This document shows positions 12,029 through 23,140 of a stretch of DNA of 64,000 nt, piece by piece. The stretch comes from Anaeramoeba ignava BMAN (Eukaryota > Protista > Anaeramoebae), in the NCBI GenBank assembly GCA_028826165.1, contig JAPDFW010000086.1, positions 248,001 through 312,000 of the forward strand, given 5' to 3'. A model generated the notes under the pieces. That model was not told the origin of the DNA, made no database searches, and saw nothing but the letters and a program-made list of their open reading frames with translations. A program made the translations under genes and the position numbers. Positions within the stretch are counted from its first letter, which is position 1. Each line of letters opens with the position of its first letter.

Positions 12029-14274
12029 ATGAAAATTGCAATAATTCTTTCATTACTTTTCATTTTTGCAACAATTTATGCAGAAACTGATTATAAAGAA
12101 CTATTTCAACAATACAAACAAAAATACAACAAAAAATATGATTTAGAAGAAGAAAGTTTCCGATTCAGAATATTTCAAGAAAGAGTAAAGAAAATCGCAA
12201 AACACAATTCTGAAAACAAAAGTTATCGATTAGGAATTAATGAATTTAGTGATCAAAGTTATGAAGAATTGAGTCGTTATTTAATCAATGAAAAAACAGT
12301 TACAGAAAAGCCAACTCAACAAAAAGGTGAATAAAATAATTCAAATAATTTAATAAAATAATTAATAATTTAATAAATTTAATAAATAAATTAATTAATA
12401 AATAAATTAATAAATTAATTAATAAATAAATTGATAAATAAATTAATTAATAAATAAATTAATAAATAAATTAATTAATAAATTAATAAAAATAAATAAA
12501 AATTTCAATAAATAAATAATTTAATAAATAAATTAATAAATAAATAAATAAATAAATTAATAAATAAATTTAATAAATAAATAAATAAATTAATAAATAA
12601 ATTAATAAATAAATTTAATAAATAAATTAATAAATAAATTAATAAATAAATTAATAAATAAATTAATAAATAGAATTTAATAAATAAATTAAAAATTTAA
12701 TAAATAAATTAATAAATAAATTTAAATAATTTAATAAATAATTTAATAAATAAATTAATAAATAATTTAATAAATAAATTAATAAATAATTTAAATAAAA
12801 TAAATAATTTAATAAATAAATTAATAATTTAATAAATAAATTAATAAATAATTTTAATAAATAAATTAATAAATAAATTAATAAATAAATTAATAAATAA
12901 ATTAATAAATAAATTAATAAATAAATAATTAAATAAATAAATAATTTAATAAATAAATTAATAAATAAATAAATAATTTAATAAATAAATTAATTAATAA
13001 ATAAATTAATAAATAAATTAATAAATAATTAAATAAATTTAAATAAAATAAAAATTTAATAAATAAATTTTTATCCGATTTGAAATAAATTAATAATTTA
13101 ATAAATAAAATAAATAATTAATAAATAAATAAATAATTTAATAAATAAATTAATAAATAAATAAATAAATTAATAAATTAATTAATAAATAATTTAATAA
13201 ATAATTTAATCAATAATTCAAATAATTTAATAAATAAATTAATAAATAAATTTTTGAAATAAATTAATAAATAAATTAATAAATAAATTAATAAATAAAT
13301 TAATAAATAATTTAATAATTAATTAAATTAAAAATAAATTAATAATTAAATTAAAAATAAATTTTTATCCGATTTTGAAATAAATTAATAAATAAATTAA
13401 TAAATAAATTGATAAATAAATTAATAAATAAATTAATAAATAAATTAATAAATAAATTAATAAATAAATTTAATAAATAAATTAATAAATAAATAAAAAT
13501 AAATTAATAATTAAATTAATAAATAAATTTTTATCCGATTTTGAAATTAATAAATTAAATTATTGGAAAAAAAAAGGTGAAAAAAAAGAAAACTCAATAA
13601 AATCACCAGATTTATTTGATTGGCGAACAAAAGGAGTAGTTACACCAGTAAAAGATCAAGGATCATGCGGATCATGCTGGTCATTTGGAACAACAGGATG
13701 TTTAGAAGGATGTGCAGCTATTGACGCGGGAGAATTAATTTCATTATCAGAACAACAACTAGTGGATTGCGACTCAACCTGTTCTGGCTGTGGAGGAGGA
13801 CTTGCCTCTAATGCATTTGCATGGATCAAGGGAAATGGAGGAATTTGCTCTGAGAAGGACTATCCATATGTAGCAGTAGATCAAACCTGCAAAACAACAT
13901 GCAAACCAGTTGCTACACTTACTTCTGATACTCAATCAACTTATGGAGACGAAAACGCTCTTAAAGACAACTGCTACAATTACGGCCCAATCTCGGTCTC
14001 TATTTATGTCATGGGTGACTTTTATGATTACTCTTCTGGCGTCTATTATAATGCTAAATGCCCGAATACTACACATAATCATGCTGTCTTAGTCGTCGGT
14101 TATGGTCATGATTCTAATTCAGATATGGATTATTGGATCGTTAAAAATTCTTGGGGTGCTTCCTGGGGTTTGGCTGGTTATATTTTGATGGCAAGAAATA
14201 AAAATGGTATGTGTGCTATTGCTAGTAATGCTTATTATCTCGAGGGTTGCTCAATTATTAACCCAAGTCAATAA
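12029..14274 (+). CDS. Papain-family (C1A, cathepsin L/H-like) cysteine protease precursor
   Basis: Exon 1 12029-12326 (signal peptide plus I29 propeptide with an ERFNIN-like motif and GINEFSD), intron 12327-13576, exon 2 13577-14274 with DWR, QGSCGSCW, NHAVLVVGYG and YWIVKNSWG catalytic motifs. Confidence 0.93.
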
Positions 14275-14925
14275 TCAATTCAAATCAAATCAATTCAATT
14301 CAATTCAAATCAAATCTTTTTTTTTGAATTCTTTTCAAATCAAAATTAAATCAATTCAAATCAATTCTTTTTTTTTGAATTCTTTTCAAATCAAAATTAA
14401 ATCAATCCAAATCAAATGAATTCTTTTTTTTTTGAAATCTTTTCATTTCAAAATTAAATCAATTCAAATCAAATGAATTCTTTTCAATTCAAAATCAAAT
14501 TCAAATCAATTCAAATCTTTTTTTTTGAATTCTTTTCATTTCAAAATCAAATCAAATCAATTCTTTTTTTTTGAATTCTTTTCATTTCAAAATCAAATCA
14601 ATTCAAATCAAATCAATTCTTTTTTTTTGAATTCTTTTCATTTCAAAATCAATTCTTTTTTTTGAATTCTTTTCAAATCAAAATTAAATCAATCCAATTC
14701 AATTCTTTTTTTTTGAATTCTTTTCATTTCAAAATTAAATCAAATCCTTTTTTTTTGAATTCTATTTTTTGAATTCTTTTCAAATCAAAATCAATTCAAA
14801 TCAAATCAATTCTTTTTTTTGAATTCTTTTCATTTCAAAATCAATTCTTTTTTTTTGAATTCTTTTCATTTCAAAATCAATCCTTTTTTTTGAATTCTTT
14901 TCATTTCAAAATTAAATCAATTATA
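14275..14925. repeat. ~35-50-bp minisatellite derived from the 3' end of the ankyrin-BTB gene
   Basis: Unit TTTTTTTTGAATTCTTTTCATTTCAAAATYAAATCAA matches the last codons and stop of CDS 14901-16424. Confidence 0.8.
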
Positions 14926-16424
14926 GAATTTAAATTTAATTGATAATATTCTTTTATATCTAAATATTCTTCTTCAATTTCTTTCTTTTCAATATTTTTT
15001 GGGAATTCATCATGATAAAGAAAATAAATTAATTGTTGAATTGTTTCAAACGATTTTCCTGAATAATCATGAACTTGATTTGATGTATCTTCAACATTTA
15101 AAAACATCCCTTTATATAATTCACTTCTTAATATTAATATTAATTTATGAACTTTAATTTCTTTTTCTTTTGAAATTATTGTGAAATCTTTTGTTTCATT
15201 TTCTTCATATAATTTCGATAAATCTTTTATTATTCCTCTTCTTCCTTTTTTATTTTCAATCCATTTTGACTCTAACCCAATTTCTTGAAATAGTTTCCCA
15301 ATTTTTTCTTCTTTTTCTTCTTCTTCATCTCCAAGAATACTCAAAAAATTCGTATCGTAATTAACAATTAAATCTTCTAATTTCTCTTCATTTGGAATAT
15401 CGTTAATCTTCTTTTTTTGATTCAAACTTTGATAAATTTGTTGAAAATCAAAAAATCCTGTATAAAGAAAACTTAAAGCAATTTCAACTTCTTCTTTTGA
15501 TTTTTGTGAACAAATTTCAGAAAATTTTTGCAAAATCAAATCATTATAATCAAATCTTGTTGATAAAATTAACTTATGAACATTGAATTTAAATGAATCT
15601 TTTGATTTAATTTGATAATCAGGAAATTCATCTTGTGAATTCAATAACTTTTTCAGATCTTCATTAATCGAATAAATTTGGAAAAATAAATGAATAAATT
15701 CATTTGTAATTTCATCTTCTTGCAAAAGAAAAATATCAACATCATTCATAAGCATTAATTCAATTAAATCTTTTCTTTTTTTTTCGATTAATATCGAAAG
15801 TGCAATTTGATCTCCAAATCCACGAGCATTCAAATCAATTCCTTTTTCAATTACATATTTTAGCATTTCAAATGTTGAATTTTCATTGAGACAAAGAAGA
15901 TGCAGAGGTGTATCATTATAAAAATCAATTGTTGCATTGATATCACTTCCTTTTTCAACCAAATATTTGATAATCTCAAATGATAGATTTTCATTTTTGC
16001 AAACATAATGAAAAGGGGTTTGATTATAATCATCTGTTGTTGCATTGATATCACTTCCTTTTTCAACCAAATATTTGATAATCTCAAATGATAGATTTTC
16101 ATTTTTACAAGCTAAATGTAAACATGCTTCTTTATTTTTTGTTTTTGCATTGATATCAACTCCTTTTTCAATTAAAAGATTAAATATATCAATTCCTTCA
16201 TTATTTAGAATTGCAATATGAAAAGAATTCCTTCCTAAATTATCAGTCAAATTCGGATTCGCTCCTTTTTCAATCAAAAGATTTATCATTTTTTTTGAAA
16301 ATTTTTTTTCTATTGCAAAATTCAAAAGTGGTTTTTTTTCTTTTATTAATTCATTTTGTGGAATTCTTTCAATTTCTTTTAAGTAAGAAATGTTTTGATT
16401 TTGGATAACTTCCCAAATATCCAT
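14901..16424 (-). CDS. Ankyrin-repeat + tandem BTB/POZ protein
   Basis: About 6 ankyrin repeats (TPLHLLC, LVEKGSDINA), then BTB-like segments (DYQI..FNVHKLILSTR; KDFTII..IKVHKLILILRSELYKGMF). Confidence 0.88.
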   Translation of the reverse strand: MDIWEVIQNQNISYLKEIERIPQNELIKEKKPLLNFAIEKKFSKKMINLLIEKGANPNLTDNLGRNSFHIAILNNEGIDIFNLLIEKGVDINAKTKNKEACLHLACKNENLSFEIIKYLVEKGSDINATTDDYNQTPFHYVCKNENLSFEIIKYLVEKGSDINATIDFYNDTPLHLLCLNENSTFEMLKYVIEKGIDLNARGFGDQIALSILIEKKRKDLIELMLMNDVDIFLLQEDEITNEFIHLFFQIYSINEDLKKLLNSQDEFPDYQIKSKDSFKFNVHKLILSTRFDYNDLILQKFSEICSQKSKEEVEIALSFLYTGFFDFQQIYQSLNQKKKINDIPNEEKLEDLIVNYDTNFLSILGDEEEEKEEKIGKLFQEIGLESKWIENKKGRRGIIKDLSKLYEENETKDFTIISKEKEIKVHKLILILRSELYKGMFLNVEDTSNQVHDYSGKSFETIQQLIYFLYHDEFPKNIEKKEIEEEYLDIKEYYQLNLNSIIDLILK

Positions 16425-16463
16425 TTTTTTCTTTTTTTAAGGAAATGAAAAAAATGAAAAAAA

Positions 16464-18741
16464 TTAAAAATTTGATTTTGAGTTTGATTGAAAATTTAAG
16501 TTGTTCCAAATTGTTTCTTGTTTGTGAATTTTGGAAGAAGCAAATAAGAATTGATAGAAATCAAGAGATTTTAATCCAAAAATCTCTTCTTTATTAACCA
16601 AAATAACAGGATCTTTTGCAAATTGTGAAGTTGTTTCCAAATAATCTTGATGAGTGAAATAAAAATAATAATGATTTTTAGGAAGAATTAATGTTGATTT
16701 TCGAATTTTTTGGATTTCTTTGTGTGTTAAATGTTTCTCTTCATTTTCTTTTTGTTTTTGGTAAAGTTGCTTGATTTTTGCTTTTTGTTTTTTTTGTTCA
16801 GATTCAATTTCATTCCATTTTGGAATTGAACAATTCATTCCACTTAATTCAGAATAGTATTGTAAAATTGATGTGTTTGTTTGATTTTCGAAATCTCGAT
16901 CTTGGAATAAACTATCCACTTTTGAAAAATTTTCATTATAAATTTGAGTGGAAACTTGAATGAAAAATAATTCTTTTTCTTTTTTCTCGTTTTCTGATAA
17001 ACAAACAAAATCAATACGAGAATGTCCTTCAAAACAAACAATAAAATCTCCAACTTCCATTTTTTTTAATGGATTATCCTTATCTTGATAGATAATATTG
17101 CGAATCTTAATGTTGAAAGTGAAAGGATTTCTTTGCTTTCCTTGAAGACTCATATGGTTTAATTCAATTTTAGAACCTAAACTTCTTCGAAATATGTTCA
17201 AAACAACTAATTCAAAAGCTCTCAATTCATCTCCACTTTGGAAAAGAAATCGAAACAATGAAATTTGGGGTTTTTCAAAAGCTTCAAAAAACGCTTCTCG
17301 GATATATTTTGTTATTGGAACTAACTTCAAATTAGATTCAAAATAGGAAGTTGGTTGAATTTGTTGGTTGGAATTTGTTTTTTTCTCTTTCTTTTCATCA
17401 TTCTCTTCTTCAATTAATATTTCTTCAAATAATTCAGCTACTTCCCAAAAATCGGGTATAAAATCGGGATTTTCATTCAAACAAACCATTGTTGGAAATT
17501 CAATTTCTTGTCTCATACGATTTGGATCCCAAAGTTCTTGAATTTTTTCCAAAATAAATTCTATTCTTTTTTGATAATGTGAAATACAATTTTTTTGGGA
17601 TTGAATTAAAAATTTTCTTGTATCTCCTGAAAAAGTATTCAAATCATCATAAGTTTGTGAAATTATATAAAGCATTCTTGGTGATTTGTTTGTTAAATCT
17701 TCAAATTTTTCAATGGTTTGATCTTGAGGAAGTTTGTTTTCTTTTTGTTTCCATTTTGAAAGTATTTCAAATTCTTCTTGATTGTAAAAATATGATTTAA
17801 AACCTGATGTAATCAAATCAATATCCCGAATTGTGTTTCTATATTCAAAACTTGGACTTGTTGCTACAATAATTAATCCACTTTGAATTTCGCGAACTGT
17901 TTTAAAAAAATCCAAAATATGTTTTTGATTTTGATTTTGATTTGTTTCTCTAAAAAGATCATTGTAATTATCAAGCGCAATCAAAATTCTGAACTCATTC
18001 GTTTTCAATTTAATTAATTTTTGTAAAAATATTTTACATAATCCAACTTTTTTTTGTTCATCTTGTAAAGGATCATCTTCAAACCAAAATTTTTTATCAA
18101 AATTAAATTTGCATTTTTGAAACAATGATTCCCCATAATTTTGAAAAAAATATTCCATAATTTCTGAAGCAACATCATGACTTTCCTTTTTTAAAAAATT
18201 TTGTAAATTATTGAGATAGAAAACAACCCATTTTTGTTTTTTAGAAAATGAATTTGAATTTGAATTTGGTTGATTTGGAATTTGATCTTTTTGATTAATT
18301 TTCGGATCTTGAAGAAAAGGCTAAAAAAAATGGATGTAATTTTGTTTTAGATTTATTTTAATTTAAAATATTTTTGAGTTTTTTGAAAATTAATATTTAT
18401 TTCTTTCTTACATTAAATTGATAAAAATAAGCTGCTAAATGATAAAGAGAATAAGATTTTCCTGATCCATTTACTCCATGAAATACTCTAATTCCTGTTA
18501 TTCCTTCTTCAATTTTCTTCATAAAAATTTGATTTTGTTTTCTAATCAAGATTGGAGTTAAATTCCCATATTTTAACGAACCCATTTCTGAAGGTGAATC
18601 TATGAAAATATTAACAGGAATACCAGTGATTTTATTACAATTCTTTTTTTTTCTATGTTCTTCAATTCGGATTTTTGATAATTCTTCTTCAATTTGATTT
18701 CTATTCAAGTAATTTTCTGATTTTTCTTTTTTTGAATTCAT
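16464..18741 (-). CDS. P-loop NTPase + PD-(D/E)XK nuclease-like protein (Crinkler/RHS-type architecture)
   Basis: Exon 1 18741-18412, intron 18411-18321 (GTAAG...TTTAG), exon 2 18320-16464 in frame. Walker A GVNGSGKS, Walker B-like ILIALDNYND, C-terminal AFELVV...HSRIDFV...LFFIQVS. Confidence 0.7.
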
Positions 18742-19019
18742 AATTGCTAAAAAAATTTTTTTTGATAAAAAAAAAATGAAGAAATAATTTAAATTTTTGT
18801 TTCTTTTATCCTCTTTTTTTTTTTTTTTTGATCAAAAAAAAATTTTTTTTTTCTTGTTTTTTTTTGAACAAATTTGACATTGATTAGATCTTTTTTTTTA
18901 CAATTTGGAAAAAAGAAAATACTAAATTTTATCAATAATTTGAATAAAAGTAATCAAAAATTAAATAAAGAATATTAAATAATTAATTCAAATCAAATTT
19001 AAATAAAATTTTCATTTAT

Positions 19020-20575
19020 TAAATTAATATAAAATTATTCTCAATCATTTAATAACATTTAAAAGGAAATTGAAATATTTTAATAAAGATAAAAATTTAA
19101 TTTTAATAACTTTTAATAAGTGTTAATTTAGAATTAATTCAAATCAAATTTAAATAAAATTTTCATTTATTAAATTAATATTTTTAATTATTTATTAATT
19201 CAATTTTAATTATAATAAAATATATTAAAATTGAAATATTTTAATAAAGATAAAAATTTAATTTTAATAAGTTTTAATAATTATTTAATTTAGAATTATT
19301 TCAAGTCAAATTCAAATCAAATTTTCATTTATTAAAATAATATTTTTGATTATTTATTAATTCAATTTTAATTATAATAAAATATATTAAAATTAAAATA
19401 TTTTAATAAAGATAAAAATTGAATTTTAATAAGTTTTAATAATTATTTAATTTAGAATTAATTCAAATCAAATTTAAATCAAATTTTCATTTATTAAATT
19501 AATATAAAATTATTCTCAATAATTTAATAACATTTAAAAGAAAATTAAAATATTTTAATAAAGATAAAAATTGAATTTTAATAAGTTTTAATAATTATTT
19601 AATTTAGAATTAATTTAAATAAAATTCAAATAAAATTTTCATTTATTAAATTAATATTTTTGATTATTTATTAATCCAATTTTAATTATAATAAAATATA
19701 TTAAAATTAAAATATTTTAATAAAGATAAAAATTGAATTTTAATAACTTTTAATAATTATTTAATTTAGAATTATTTCAAATCAAATTCAAATCAAATTT
19801 TCATTTATTAAATTAATATTTTTAATTATTTATTAATCCAATTTTAATTATAATAAAATATATTAAAATTAAAATATTTTAATAAAGATAAAAATTTAAT
19901 TTTAATAAATTTTAATAATTATTTAATTTAGAATTAATTCAAATCAAATTCAAATAAAATTTTCATTTATTAAATTAATATTTTTAATTATTTATTAATT
20001 CAATTTTAATTATAATAAAATATATTAAAAATTGAAATATTTTAATAAAGATAAAAATTTAATTTTAATAAGTTTTAATAATTATTTAATTTAGAATTAT
20101 TTCAAGTCAAATTCAAATCAAATTTTCATTTATTAAAATAATATTTTTGATTATTTATTAATCCAATTTTAATTATAATAAAAATATATTAAAATTGAAA
20201 TATTTTAATAAAGATATATATTTAATTTTAATAATTTTTAATAATTATTTAATTTAGAATTAATTTAAATAAAATTCAAATCAAATTTCCATTTATTAAA
20301 ATAATATTTTTGATTATTTATTAATTCAATTTTAATTATAATAAAATATATTAAAATTGAAATATTTTAATAAAGATAAAAATTTAATTTTAATAAGTTT
20401 TAATAATTATTTAATTTAAAATTAATTCAAATAAAATTCAAATCAAATTTTCATTTATTAAAATAATATTTTTGATTATTTATTAATTCAATTTTAATTA
20501 TAATAAAATATATTAAAATTGAAATATTTTAATAAAGATAAAAATTTAATTTTAATAAGTTTTAATAAGTGTTAA
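19020..20575. repeat. ~162-bp AT-rich tandem array (about 10 units) downstream of BTB-TLDc gene 1
   Basis: AATAAAGAT marker recurs at ~19082, 19243, 19405, 19557, 19721, 19881, 20044, 20207, 20369 and 20531. Confidence 0.85.
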
Positions 20576-20819
20576 TAATCGATTTCTTTCTAAATTTATT
20601 TATTAATAAAGAATTTAAGTTTAATTATTATTAATTTCTATTTCCAATTTTTATTTTTGTTTATTATCATTTATTCCAAATTTTTAATAATATTTTTAAA
20701 TTAAATTTAAATAATTTAAAATTGGATTTGTTTCTTATTTATTGTTTTGAAGAATTTAATTTGATTGAAAGTAAATCAAAATAAAATTGAATTTTGAAAA
20801 AAAAATGAGAAAATAGTTT

Positions 20820-22300
20820 TTAAATGAAATAAGTTTCAAGTTCATCAACAACCCATTGATTAGGAGAACCAGCTAAATAACTTTTAGATTCATCTGTTCC
20901 AAAAGTAATTCCTTTAGGTAAATTGTAACAATGGCCAAAATCTGTCCAACCATGTTCCAATTGAGAATTGATTGCAATATCAGCTTGGCCATATCCTCCA
21001 AAATTTGAACCATTTTCTAAACCATACCAAAGAGCATATTTCTCTTTTCCTTTTTAATTCCAAATTTCTCTGGGTTTCGATCTCCTTTATCATTTCTTAA
21101 TGAAAAAATAAATGCATTTGAATCAATAATCCATCCATAATCATTAGCATTACTCGACCATTTTGATTTATCAGTTGTCCATCCAACTTGAGTAAAACCT
21201 CCAAAAATAAAATTATCTTTTGTTTTGATAATAACTAATGTTTTTCCTTTATCATCAACTGCTTTATGCCAATTTTGAGAATTAAATCCATCTTTTTTTG
21301 CTGAATATCCTTTTTTCATTTTAGAAAAGAATTCATCATCATTTATCCATTCTTTTAATTTCTTGAAATGTTCAGTTTCATTAAGGATGGATGATTGGAA
21401 TTTAATTTTGTCTCTTGATTTGAAAATTAATGAATTTTCTTCTTCAATAAATTGTTTTAATTTTTTTTGATTTTTTTGATTTTTTTCAAGTTTTTGGAAT
21501 TCAATTAATTTTTGTGAAATTTGATTTGGAATTAAATCTTTTTTCAAAGTATCTTTAAGTTCTTTTTTTGAAAAATCAATAAATCTGATTTTATCAATAA
21601 TATTTAAAATTTGAATTTGTAATTTTTCTTTTTCATTTTTATCAAGTTTTTGAGTTTTCTTTTCTTGATTAATATTTGATTTATGTTTTCCCCATTTTAT
21701 TATTGTTTGGAAAAGTTCAAATTCATTTGTTAGGATTTCATCATTTGATAAAATTAAATTTAAATGATTTTCTTCAAGTTCAAGAAAAAATAAAGTTTTG
21801 ATAAATTCATCAAAATTATCTAAAATAAATTTATAAGAAGAATCTATTAATTGATTGAAGTTCATTGTTTCAGATAATTTAAGAATATCAACAATAGTTT
21901 CAAATTGTAAATTATTTTTAATAAAATTTGAAGAAATTTCAATTAATTCATCAATTAAATATTTTGATGAAAAAAATAAAATTTCAACAACATTTTCTAA
22001 ATTAATTTCAATTTTTCCTGAATAAAAATAATTCAAAATTGGAGATAGAATCGAACTTGAAACATCTTGAAGAATTAATTTATTTTCTTGATATTCTTTC
22101 ATTTTAGATTTAAAAAGAGATTTAAAATAATGACTTCTTGATGAAAGAATTGATTTATGAGTTTTAAATGAAGTTTTATCTTGTTCACAAATTATTTCAA
22201 AATCAAAATAACTTTCTTCTTCTTTTTCATTTTGATTTTGATTTTTAAATAAATTTTTTAAATCATTTGAAAGTTTTTCTAAATTTGAATAAGTTTCCAT
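20820..22300 (-). CDS. BTB-BACK-TLDc protein (one frameshift near 21050, possibly a homopolymer sequencing error)
   Basis: BTB (FKTHKSILSSRSHYF), BACK-like helices, TLDc (GKTLVIIKTKDNFIFGGFT). The TLDc C-terminus ...YLAGSPNQWVVDELETYFI* continues in another frame to 20820. Confidence 0.8.
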
Positions 22301-22334
22301 TTTTGAAATAAAATTTGAAATGAAAAAAATGAAA

Positions 22335-22790
22335 AAAAAATGAAAAATGAAAATTATTTTGATTTTAATTTTAATTTCAAATTTTTTTTATTTTATACAT
22401 TTTATTAATATTTATTTATTTAAATTAATATAAAATTATTCTCAATCATTAAATAAAACTAATAAAATATTTTAATTAATTTATTTCAAAAATGGAATAA
22501 AGAATATTAAATATTTAATTTCAAATTAATTTTATTTTATACATTTTATTAATATTTATTTATTTAAAATAATATAAAATTATTCTCAATCATTAAATAA
22601 AACTAATAAAATATTTTAATTAATTTATTTCAAAAATGGAATAAAGAATATTAAATAATTAATTTCAAATTAATTTTATTTTATATATTTTATTAATATT
22701 TCTTTGTTTAAATTAATATAAAATTATTCCCAAAAATTTAATAACATTTAAAAGGAAATTGAAATATTTTAATAAAGATAAAAATTTAAA
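22335..22790. repeat. Non-coding block with ~157-bp internal repeats, duplicated at ~31255-31710
   Basis: Shared CAAAAATGGAATAAAGAATATTAAAT and ATTCCCAAAAAATTTAATA...AAAAGGAAATTGAAAT motifs in the same orientation at both sites. Confidence 0.75.
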
Positions 22791-23140
22791 TCTAAAACAA
22801 TAAATTATTATTTTAAACATAAAATTAAATATTAAATTAAATCTATTCTCTTTTTTTTTTTTTAATTTATGATTGACGCATCTTGGGAATTATTTGGAAA
22901 GAAAATCAAAACAAAACTTGAAAGAAAGAGGAATTTTTATTGATTTGAAAAAGAAAAAGAAAAAGTAAAATTCCTAAAGCTTCTGGAATTGAAGTAAGAA
23001 ATTTGATTGAAATCCAATCAATATGGATTTCGAAAGAAAATCAATGAAATTGGAAAATTGGAAATGAATTCTTTGCTTGTGATTTTTCCTAATATCATTT
23101 CTTGTGAAATCTGTTTCATTTGGGACTTTTGCTTTCCAGT

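Noticed and set aside
19020-20575. 162-bp arrays as exon/intron arrays
   Set aside because: The GT is not conserved (GTTTT/CTTTT/ATTTT variants) and the candidate exon contains stop codons.
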